DNA of 64,000 bases, taken from assembly GCF_036365525.1 (NCBI RefSeq), contig NC_090404.1, positions 7,750,001 to 7,814,000 on the forward strand, in the 5' to 3' direction. Source of the DNA: Heterodontus francisci (Eukaryota). A program made the translations under genes and the position numbers. Below, piece by piece: positions 53,236 through 64,000 of this stretch. A model generated the notes under the pieces. It did no database searches, was not told the origin of the DNA, and worked only from the letters and a program-made list of their open reading frames with translations. Position 1 is the stretch's first letter. Every line of letters starts with the position of its first letter.

Positions 53236-56200
53236 CTGCAGTATGAAAATGAATATTATTGTGTCTTTAGTTGCTGTTTAGGCTGAAACACCTATCAATC
53301 ACAGGCATAACTCAGACTTCCGCGGGAGTGCTGCTTTGTTTATTTCTTTCAGGGGATATGGGCGTGGCTGGCCAGGATAACATTTATTGCCCATCCCTAA
53401 TTGCCCTTGGGAAGGCGGTTCTTCATTTGAAGCCCGGTTGAAGTTTTTTCACTTTAATTGGCAAAAGAACCAGCTCGGAGCTGTGGTGAGATTTCTGATC
53501 TGGGATGCACTGCCTGAAAAAGCGGTGGAAGCAGATTCAATAAAAGCTTTCAACAGGAAATTGGATAGATACTGGAGAAGGAAGAATTGGTTGGGCTGTG
53601 AAGAAAGAGCAGGGAGAGTGGGACTAATTGAACAGCTCGATCACAGACAAGATGGGCTGAATGATTTCATTCTGTGTTGTATCATTCTATAATTACTATT
53701 ACATTTCTGGTTCTATTTTTCTTGGTGAAAGACAAACAGTGGAAACGTTTTAATAGTCTATTCTCCTCACGGAGACAATCACCTTCCAAAAAGAAATGTT
53801 TGACCGAGCGTAGCGCCGTTGTGTTGTGTTTAACTGAGCAGTGAAAATGCAACATAATGCAGTGAGATACATGAGAACGATTGAGCCAAGTGACGCTTAA
53901 CATCTTTGCTTTGAAGATCAGAGTTTAACTACAGGTTCACGCTTCAAAGGAGTTCCTGTCTGCCTCAAGCTCTTATTATATATTTTATACCCATTACGGA
54001 GCCCGTTTTGTTCAACTTCACTTTAATCTCGGATTTATATGGGTACTTTCATTTTATTTCTAAGTCTGGATCACTCATTTTGTACTAGTTTCGCTTTTTG
54101 CCATCATGGGAACTTGTCCCAAAGTCTCTCAGTTGTCGGTTGGTTTCAGTTTGTGCAGTTTCCGCAGTGGTTTAACTGTTACTAACTGGGAACAGGTTCT
54201 TCCGGCTCTCTGATAATTTCAGTTCTTGCAGCCACTGGCTGAGTATCTACCCTGTTCTCAAAGCGATGAAAATTGAATATGATCATTAATCTGCAGAACC
54301 GGAATTGGCCATTCGGCCCTACTGGTCTATGCGGGATTTTATACTCCACAGGAGTCACCTCCCGCTTTAATAACCTCTTCCCGTCCTGACCTCTTTGTCC
54401 CTTTATTCCTTTCTCCCTCCTGTATTTTCAAGCCTCCCCTAAAGTACATCAATGGCATATTCTCCAACTCCCCCTCTCTGCCAGGGTGTTCCAAGTTCTG
54501 ACTTGTCTCTATGTAAATAAATTCTTCCTAATGTCTTTATTTTTCGATCAGTGACTATCTTATATTTATGGCTCTTTGTTCTGAACTCACTGATAATTGA
54601 AAGCATTATCTCCACCTATATCCTTTCCAACAATTTTTGCATTTTAATGATGTCGACCAGTTCTCCTCGCTGTCTTCTCTTTTCCGGATATAAGAGCCTG
54701 GGGCTGTTCAATCTTTCCAGATAGGTGTGGATTGCTGTTGATGTCTTTTCTCAGGTATATTAGAAATCCAAAAGTGAGAGAAAGTCCAGAATCTAATCGC
54801 AGCCCGTCACTCCAGTGAATCTCACTTCCGGGTATTGGGTTGTGTTTGAACAGCCCTGAGACCGGAATCTCCAGACACCCGCCTGGCCAATGAAGTCTGG
54901 TATGTCTCACCCTTTCGATTAATTATTTCTAGCTGGTATTAAATGGACTTTCTGCCAGTCTGCAATCGTTCCCTAGGCTATTCCCTGTGCCCTTTTTATA
55001 AGAACACGAATTCCTCGCTCTCACTTATTCACTGCTCACTGTTACTTCAACTGACAGTAACCAAGGATGCAGATCCATTTCTGCAAACCTATCTCTCATA
55101 CATGAAGAATACCTATGACCTAGAATGTCACAGAATGTATAGCACAGAACTAGTCCATTCGGCCCAAATGGTCCATGCCGAACATCGATACCCGCTGCTC
55201 CATGTCACCTTGACATGATATCATTCTATTTTTTTCTCCCTCAAATGTTACGGGAGCTCCCCCTTGGATGCACTGATTCTTTTCTCCTCAACTGCTCCAC
55301 ATTCCAACCACTGCCTGAGGGATCACATTTCCACTGAATGGTTTTGTGGTGTTATTAAGAACATAATGACCATGAGAGATGAGCAATAGTCAGCCACACA
55401 GCCGATGTGGAAAGCCTGGAACTAAGAGTCAAAGTCCGAGGACAAAGAGTGACTTATTTATGACTTTGGTCAGTAGACATGTCATCACTCAGACAGTTGT
55501 GAAACTTTGGGCCTGTCTAACCCAGACGGCTTTAAATGTTCAGTCAATTACTACACCAGGTTGGGACACAGCAACGCTCTGGAGAATTGCTGCAAGACCT
55601 CTGCACTCATATACTCCAAGGGACTTGCAATAAAGGCTAACATAATAATCCCCTTCCTAATTGCTTGCTGTACCTGCATTTCAACGTTCTGTGACTGTGA
55701 TTCATGCTCATGTTACACCAAATCCCTCTGAATGACAATATTTTCAACTCTCGCACCTTTTACAAATATTCTTCATATCAAACTGAACAGGATTATTGAA
55801 TTTTTGAGGAGGTAACAGAGAGAGTAAACAATGGCAATGCAGTTGATGTAATTTATCTGGATTTTCAAAAGGTCTTCGATAAGGTATCCCATAATAGACT
55901 AAAGAATAAGGTCAGAGAATGCGAAGTCAAGGAACTGATCCACAGGCTTGACTTATCATTTCAAATTTACTAAATTAACATTGGGATTAGATTGTATCCC
56001 TTATTTAACTGTCGGTATTGGATAGGCCGCAGCAGGTATCGAAGGGGTCACTTTCGGGTTAGGTTCACTCTCCCGGTACCTCATTCACACTGTCCGGCCT
56101 GGAATGGAATATTCTTCCGAAGAGAGAGAGAGCTCTGACACCCTGCCCGCGCTCAAAGGGACAGGCAGAGCTTCCTCAGTGACAGTGAACAGCGGGAGCG

Positions 56201-56561
56201 GAGGCCGGAGTCTCGACTAGCTGCGCTCATTTAAACCAACTGTGGATCAGAGTGAGAAGGAGTTTGGGATGTTTTGGGGATTCTGCGAGGTCCACGTTCA
56301 ACCGCTGATGTTCCAGATGGGGTCAACACCCCGCAGACTGCCTTCTCTGTGGGGATCTCACCTCATCTCTCCAGACTCAAACCTGGACCGTATTCCCCGT
56401 TCACAATTTAGTCCGAATCACAAATTGCATTGAAAACGTTCCATTAGGGAACTGCTCTGTTTTATTTTTAAGGGAGTGAGGTGATATTGATCGCGATTAC
56501 AAACTGAGGGTGAACATTTACTCTGACAGTCTGTAACACGGCGGGTTTTGCAGTCACTTAC

Positions 56562-56658
56562 CGGCTGTGATAGTCACCACCGTCCCGGATCCATCCACGT
56601 ATCTAGTCTCGTAATTGCCACCCCAGTAAACACAGTGTTTCAAGTCAGCATCAAATCC
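56562..56658 (-). CDS. Germline-joined NAR-TCR D-J (unit B) with 5' 12-RSS
   Basis: 12-RSS at 56631-56658; D TTTACTGGGGTGGC (56617-30) + AA + J (56562-614) encoding YWGGNYETRYVDGSGTVVTITA; GTAAGT donor. Confidence 0.93.
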
Positions 56659-56982
56659 CCCGTTACTTGGTGAGATGTGGAGATATTAGTTAAACGCGAG
56701 GACTGCGGCTTCCGGTTCCAGCTGTTAGATCAGGATATCATCTGGTGTCAGGGGCTATTAACTGGGATCAGTCATTTCGAAACAGCATTCACTGACACGG
56801 TTCCAGGGAAAGAAATCGTCATCCGCGCACACTGGGCATTTATAAAATTCAAGATGTTAACGGCAATAGTCCAATCTCATTATAAACTAGATTGTCGAGC
56901 AGACGGTTGGAGGTGGAACTGTGGGGTTTAATGACAGATTCACTCCACTTTTTCATTTGTTTCTGTGATAATCGACAGCGAG

Positions 56983-57308
56983 AGTTTTTGTACCGCGGGA
57001 ATCCGAGGCCCATCACTGTGTGTTGTTTCTGTACTCAGCTTTACAGTAATAGGTGGCGCTGTCTTCAACTCTCACATCTCCAATTTTCAGGGAAAATGTC
57101 TTTTCTGCCTTATTCACCGACACAACAAATCGCCCTCCGTCGGAGATCCGCTCCCGCTCCGTCCCCGTCTGGGTTTGTCTGAAGAAATGTCCATTTTTGA
57201 AATAATGGCATGAATTACCAGAGTCAAAAACACAGGTGATGGTGAGAGACTGACACTCCTTCCTGGTCACCGCTGCCGGGGTCTGTGTCACTGGCTCACT
57301 GGAAGAGC
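56983..57308 (-). CDS. NAR-TCR (IgNAR-like) V segment, unit B, leaderless (exon 57021-57308; RSS 56983-57020)
   Basis: VTQTPAAVTRKECQSLTITCVFDSGNSCHY..ERISDGGRFVVSVNKAEKTFSLKI..EDSATYYCK; short VNAR-like domain without CDR2; CACAGTG-22-ACAAAAACT. Confidence 0.92.
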
Positions 57309-58093
57309 CTGGAAATTAAACAGAGTGAGTTGAATTTGCTATCAGAGCCGAACCACACAACGGGTTAAAACCCCAGATTTAGCCTTCGTCTTCATGTCCG
57401 ACTACCGTTATTAAACCATCTGTCCCTTCCTGACTCAAACTGCTGGATTTTATCCTGGTCGGCACTCAGCTCTACAACCTTGACTTATCTTTTCAAATTT
57501 ACTAAATTAACATTGGGATTATATTGTATCCCCTATTTAACTGTCGGAATCAGTTAGCCTGCTGCAGGTATCAAAGGGACCGGTATAGTGTTGGGTTAAT
57601 TCTCCCGGTACCTCATTCACACTGCCCGGCCCGGAATGGAATATTCTGCCTGAGAGAGAGAAAGAGAGCTCTGTCACCCTCTCCCGTGCTCAAAAGTACA
57701 GAGCTTCCTGAGTCACAGTGACCAACGGGAGCGGAGGCCAGAGTCTCGACAATCTGCGCTCATTTAAACCAACTGTGGATCAGAGTGAGAAAGAGTTTGG
57801 GATGTTTTGGGGATTTCCCGAGGTCCACGTTAAAACGTTGATGTTCCAGATGGGGTCAACACCCCGCCGTCCGCCTTCTCTGTGGGGATCTCACCTCATC
57901 TCTCCACTCTCAAACCTGGACCTCCTCCCCGTTCACAATTTAGTCCGAATCACACACTGTAATGAATACGTTCCATTAGGGAACCGGTATGTTTTATTTT
58001 TAAGGGATTGAGGTGATATTGATCGCGATTATAAACTGACGGTGAACATTCACTCTGATAGTCTGTAACACGGCGGGTTTTGCAGTCACTTAC

Positions 58094-58185
58094 CGACTGT
58101 GATAGTCACCACCGTCCCGGATCCATCCTTGTATCTAGTCTTGTAACACAGTGATACCGTTCTCAGTCAGCCCGGTACAAGAACT
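58094..58185 (-). CDS. NAR-TCR J segment, unit A (coding 58094-58146; 23-RSS 58147-58185)
   Basis: YKTRYKDGSGTVVTITV then GTAAGT donor; CACAGTG-23-ACAAGAACT. Confidence 0.93.
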
Positions 58186-58508
58186 ACCGACACCTGAAAC
58201 TGCCGGTCACACATCATCAGACATTCGACGCTGCACAGTTATTCCAGGGAAATCAGATCAATAAATAATATTCCATGTTTCACATTCCCTGTCGGTTCAA
58301 ACTGTTCTTTGTGAGATTCTGAGCTCTTCGTAAAATGGCCAAGGAACACGGGTCGGAGATGGACGCTTCACAGAACGGGAGAAAAATGTCAGACAAAGAA
58401 ATTAGAAAGGCGGAAATTACAATAACCTTAAACCATATTGCAGTGAAAATAACATCAAACCTACAATTCAGGATTCGCTCCCAGTAGTTTCTATTTTAAT
58501 TGTACAGT

Positions 58509-58578
58509 GGTATTTGTTCAGGTCTGTCCCGTCGTGGCCACCCCAGTAAACACAGTGTTTCAAGTCAGCAGCAAATCC
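58509..58578 (-). CDS. NAR-TCR D segment, unit A (coding 58537-58550), 12/12 RSS
   Basis: V-side CACAGTG-12-AGCAAATCC; J-side CACGACG-12-ACAAATACC; core TTTACTGGGGTGGC. Confidence 0.88.
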
Positions 58579-58896
58579 CCCGGTACCTGGTGAGATCTGG
58601 AGATATTAATTAAAAGGCGGGGTTGCTGTTCCCGGATCCAACTGCGAGATCAGGATCCCATCTGGTGTCAGGGGCTTGTAACTGGGATTATTTATTCCCA
58701 ATCGCCATTCACTGACACCAATCCTGGGAAAGATGTCACCATCCGCACACACTCGGCATTTATAAAACTCAAGATGTTAACGGCAATAATCCAATCTATA
58801 AACTAGACTGTGGCGCAGACGGTGCGAGGCGGAACTGTGGGGTTTAAGGGCAGATTAAAGCCGCTTTTTGATTTGTTTCTTTGTTAATCTGCAGTG

Positions 58897-59407
58897 AGTT
58901 TTTGTACCGCGGGAAGCCGAGGCCCATCACTGTGTGTCTCTGTACTCAGCTTGACAGTAATAGGTGGCCGTGTCTTCAACTCTCACATTTCGAATTTTCA
59001 GGGAAAATGTCTTTTCTGCCTTATTCACAGACACAGCAAACCGCCCTCCGCTGGAGATCCGCTCCCGCTCTGCCCCGGTCTGGGTTTGTCTGAAGAAATG
59101 TCCATTTTTGAAATAATGCCTTGAAGCACCAGAGAAAACACAGTTGATGGTGAGAGACTGACACTCCATCCTGGTCACCGCTGCCGGGGTCTGTGTCACT
59201 GACTGACTGAAAGAGCCTGGAAATTAAACAGACAGAGTTTAATGGGCCATCAGAGCCGAAACACACAACAAGGCTAAAACCTCAGACAGTGTCTGTAATT
59301 CGGATGGACTCGGGCAGCTTTATATTAAATCCACACAATGTCGGTTTGTTTGATCGGTACTCACGGGGTAAAAAGACACACAGGGTGAAAACAAGGAGGA
59401 TTCCCAT
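58897..59407 (-). CDS. NAR-TCR (IgNAR-like) V segment, unit A, with leader (leader 59365-59407; exon 58935-59216; RSS 58897-58934)
   Basis: Leader MGILLVFTLCVFLP, GTGAGT donor; SVTQTPAAVTRMECQSLTINC..EDTATYYCQ; CACAGTG-22-ACAAAAACT; TATA-like CATATAAA about 25 nt upstream of the ATG. Confidence 0.94.
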
Positions 59408-61009
59408 CGTTCTGCTGCCTGGAGCTGATGGTTTATATGACGGGGAGCTGGAGACTGCAGTCCTGGACTGCTCTGGGAGAGTGGACCTCAGAGCTGGACT
59501 GAAATACTTCACGGGGATCGGTTTGCAGAGGGCAGTGCACCGGAGATCCCTGATGGGTCGCACGGTTCCCGGGTCTCTGACTGTGTTGTGTGAATAAGCG
59601 GCAGATTTAAAGAGGGAACCTGCAGTTTTCTTTTGCGTGATTAGGTCTGTGAACCTAATGTGAAATCCCTTCCCACATTAGTCTGATGTACAGGGGGTGG
59701 GGCTGGGGGAGTTGTTCTGTCAGTCGAAGCTGCCGCCCTCCTTTCACCCACAATAATGAGCTGGGAGGTCGCTCCATGTGTTTTTATTGGGTGGTGTTTG
59801 TTGAGGGTGGAATGTGGGCCCAGGACACCGGGAGAATCCCCCCTCCCCGCTCTTATTACAATAGTGCCGGGGATTCTTTAACATCTCCCTGAACGGGCTG
59901 GCGGGGCCTCGGTTAAACGTTTGATCTGAAGGACGGCGCCTCAGACCCGGCAGCTTCCATCAGTCCAACAACTGAGGGTCAGGTTACAATATCAGACAGT
60001 CCAGTGACATTGTCAATCCAGTCAGATCAACACAATGTACACAAAAATATATTCTCCCTGTCATTTAAACAAATGTTTCCTGCGCCCTTCCCTTCTGTGG
60101 TCTGTGTTTAAAATGTTTCAATTCAGTAATGATTGCTCTCCAGGTCTGTATTCATCAGAGTTTCCAGTTGCAGAGACAGAGAATGAAGAGACACTCGGAA
60201 AGTCATTGGGGGAACTCTGTGCTTAGTGCTTGTAAAGACCACAGTCATGACCTTGTGTAATCTGTACATTGTGTATAAACTGTGCGTGACCGGGCAACAT
60301 AGTCTGATCAAATGAACCCTGTGAATAGGACGCCGTCGAAGACTCCAGGAAACTGACAGAGGATATGAGGAAAGGACTGCTTAATATTGCAGGCAGGCAC
60401 GGAAGAGGCAGCAAAGGACAAAAGGGTACTTCAGGATCATCACACGTAACACAAACATGGCCGACCGTACGTCGCCCGAAGATGGTCGATGGTTTAAATG
60501 CACCGCCGGATGGACGGCCGCGGGTCCTAATGTCCAGCCAGATGCAACACTCTTCTGATTGATCAGAAACAAGTTTAAAAAGCGCACACAAACTGTTTGC
60601 TTAAAACATAATGTTTGCACAAGTATTTATCCAATTCCCATCTGCTTTTGAATGTTACTGTTGAATCTGCTTCTACAGCCCTGTCAGGCATTGCATTCTC
60701 GATCATAAACCGGTTGTTGGCTCAGATGGTGTGCCTCAAGGAGACAACAAGACTTGTATTTATGAAGCGCTGTTGACGGAATGAAGCGTTCCCACAGCAG
60801 CAGGTAACGACAGTGATCTGATTAAAACATGAATTCTGCAAGATGTGGATGTTGTTGAGAACATAATTCACCGTCTGCACTGTCTGAACAAGGCAGTGTT
60901 ACTCAGATTACTGCATAGCTCAATTTTAAGAGACAACAAATCCTTAGAAATAATCGGAAGGAGAAATAATGATTGAATTTCTTTCAATCCACACTTCCGG
61001 GAGGATTTC

Positions 61010-61480
61010 AAGGCCTTGGAGAGGGGGCAGAGGGGATTTATAGAATGGGAGCAGGGTTTTGGGGCTTCAGTTCTGCAAAGAGATTAGAGAAGCTGGGATC
61101 GTTCTCCTTAAAGCAGAGGGGTCGAAAGGGAGATTTGTTAATAAATGTGATGGATTATAAAGTGTTTTGATAGTGTTGATAGTGAGATACTGTTTCCACT
61201 GGTCGGAATGTCAATAACCAGAGGACACAGATTTAAGATAATTGGTAAAGGAAGAAGGGAGGAGATGAGGAGGTTTTTTATGCAGCGAGTTATTCTGAGC
61301 TGGAATGAAGTACCTGAAAGAGCGGTGGAAGCAGATTTCAAAAGGGAATTGGATAATTACTTGAAAAGGAAAGATTTTCAGAGCTAAACAGAAAACCCCC
61401 GATGGTGGAACTGAATGGATAGTTCTTTCAAAGAGCAGCTGCAAAGGGCCGAAGGGCCTCCTTCTGTCTTGACAGATTCT
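61010..61480 (+). mobile_element. CR1 3' fragment
   Basis: RLEKLGSFSLKQRG.KGDL; TRGHRFKIIGK. Confidence 0.75.
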
Positions 61481-64000
61481 AGAATTCAATAAATTTCAAT
61501 TGCATCAATCAACAGTTTTATAATGGTGCTCCTGAAATTGGTATTTGTGATATTAGTATATGAAAGCTTAACAGCAATTGTATTAACTGTTATGGTTAAA
61601 TTGTAGATACAAAATGTCACCTTAGTTCATTAAACATTTTCATAGTAATTTCGTTAACGCAACTAGATTCCGATATCAAAATCAGTAGATTGTGGATTGA
61701 ACTCAACTTCAGAACCTGAGCATATTAACCAGGCTTCAATCGGTGCAGTACTGAATATGCACTATCTTTCTGAGGACAATCTGAACGAATAATTTCTCTC
61801 TCGGCATCTACACGGATCGAGCAGGCAGTAGGACTGACTAAATAGCTCGCTGGAGAGCCAGCATGGATTTGATGGGTTAAATGGCCTCCTCCTGTGCCGG
61901 ACGTCACTCTCTGATTCCATGACTCTATGTTTGTTGATGTGGAGATTAAAACTGCCATTGTTCCACACTGTACCCTGGTCAAAATATTTTCCTCGAACAG
62001 AGATCAACACATACATATTCACAGGAATTGAGCCACTTTGCTCTATTGCTGATATTTATGCGCACAAATCGGCCACATTCATCTAACATTAGCTGCACTT
62101 TAAATATTTTGCGACCTCCTGCAGAGAGTGATGAGATGGTATATCAACACAAGTTGTATTACTGTACTTAGTCTCACCTTTATCTGTCGCCCTCTATTGG
62201 TGTCTCTCTTTATCACTGTGCTGAGTCTCACTTTTATCTATCTCTCTGTTGTTATCTCCGTGCATCACTCACTGTACTCAGTTTCATATTTATCTAACCC
62301 CCTCTGTTGGTGTCTCTCTGTATCGCACATTTTACTCAGTGTCACCTTTATTGATGTTCCTCATTTGGCAGCACTCTCTACGTGTTAAGACAGACACAGG
62401 ATCTATGGAGGAGGGACTCATTCAGCTGCTCAGCTCCAGTGATCGAATATTCAACCACTGAGAGCAGACAGGCACTGAACTGATGCACCGTGGGTGCGAG
62501 GTGATGGGGGGCGGGGGTGCTCACTCAGCCTTCTGCGCAGGACAATTGCTCAGGTATTCAATCAGAGATAGGATAGGCCCACTGAGGAGATTCTCACTTA
62601 CCTCCACATGCAAAAATCTCAGATCGCTAATGATTAAGACCAGGCAGGCACGACGTTGATCCACTGCCCCGAGCCTCACTCATCTGCACAGGGACACTGA
62701 TCAAAACTTTAACGATTGAGAGCAGACATGCTCTGAGCTGATGTACAGAGAGGGCAGCATTCACCCACCTGCACAGATACATTGCTCGTATCGTTAACCA
62801 TTGATTATAAAGAGACAGTGAGCTGATCTACTGTGGGCAAACTCAGCCATCTGCATAGATACATTGTTAAGATTTTTTTTACCATTGAATACAGACAGTA
62901 TCTGGGTTGATGCACAGAGAGGGGCTTGCTCATCTGCATCGGAATTATGCTCAGATTTTAAAGTCTGAGTACTTCCACCGTTGGGGTCACACTCACTCCC
63001 ACTGGTACATTGCTCAGATCCATCTTTCATTTTACGATTTCATGGTTTTAACTCGCTGTTTAATTTTCTGCTCCCTGTCTAGGGCATTTTTAACCTCCAT
63101 TTGTCCCCATATTTCTGTTTTTCCCCTTTAGCTCGTTTCTCCCCATTTCCAGAATTCCATTCAGTATCCCCAGAGGCTGCCATTGGCATAAACATATGGA
63201 AACAATCATTTCAAAGAGATGTTGAAAAAACAGACAGGTAAGAGAAAATAACAAAGAACAGGTTAAAATTAAACAAATATTTGCATGAAATAGCATAATT
63301 CAAGTGATTGAATGAAAGGAAGATCTGATCAATGACCCTGTGCAGCTGATTTCAATTTACCGTGTAGATTTGCAATCTTAACATTTTGATCCATGCAGAC
63401 AAGAACTCTGTCCCGTTCCAGCTGGGTTACATGGATGGTATCCAACTGGCAGCTAGCTGAACCAACATCTGTAAACCACGAGGAAGAGGAGTTTCCTCTG
63501 TGGATCAGCTCAGTGTGTCTTCATGCTCAGTTGTCAGAAGATGATCCCATATCACAGCTTTAGACTCAGTTTCCAGTGGCAGAGAGCTTACAGAGGTCCA
63601 GGAAGGAACTGTTCGGGACGCTTGCACAGGGAAGAAGCCACCGCCCATCACCACCCTGGATACACACAATTCCTCTTGGGCTCTTCCACACCTGGGGCAG
63701 GGGTCTGTGATGCAGAAAGCTGTGACGTGGTAGGTGAGGGGCTCTGGACTGGCAGAGTCACTGACCTGCAGTCAGGTTGATAACTGTCTCTGTATCGTGA
63801 AACGTCCTGACTGTGCACAGATACTGAAAAGTGTATTGTACTGAATTGTAGGACTGGAGATTATAAAAACAGGCATGGTATGGTGAATTAATAACTGAGA
63901 TAGGGCCTAACGTGTTGTAAAAAGAAAGAGTATAGTGTAGTATAAACAGAGGCAAAGTCGAGCGTAATATAAAGAGAGAGATGGCCTCGTGTAACATAAA

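Noticed and set aside
56242-58011. Paralogous plus-strand ORFs (DQSEKEFGMFWGF...) at 56242 and 57718
   Set aside because: Antisense to duplicated post-J introns; similarity is explained by the tandem duplication and ORF ends differ
60223-60620. CpG-containing ORFs upstream of the NAR-TCR leader
   Set aside because: No recognisable domain, splice pattern or RSS; cannot support a call

Overview
Eukaryotic DNA from a cartilaginous fish (shark-type repeats and NAR-TCR genes). It covers what appears to be one edge of the T-cell receptor alpha/delta locus. From left to right: (1) CR1, Penelope and LTR debris with a frameshifted C2H2 zinc-finger gene (1-6 kb); (2) a CR1-like element whose 5' region has expanded into a 46-bp minisatellite and a ~21.7-kb 38-bp satellite (7.3-30.6 kb); (3) CTCF-like sites and five plus-strand TCR V alpha/delta segments, of which one is intact, one is an ORF lacking Cys23/Trp41 and three are pseudogenes, interleaved with a near full-length CR1 LINE (31-45 kb); (4) a decayed, coding-less inverted copy of the NAR-TCR cassette (46-51 kb); (5) a minus-strand NAR-TCR cassette (52.7-59.5 kb). 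The cassette is atypical. It has TWO tandem IgNAR-like V-D-J units upstream of the leaderless supporting V delta. The inner unit is leaderless, has an extra CDR1 cysteine and carries a germline-joined D-J with apparent P nucleotides. The supporting V delta has three tandem perfect 23-RSSs. Splice phases and cysteine pattern predict a TCR delta chain with three stacked, disulfide-linked V domains. This is an inference from DNA and needs transcript confirmation. No D delta, J delta or C exon is visible in the window.
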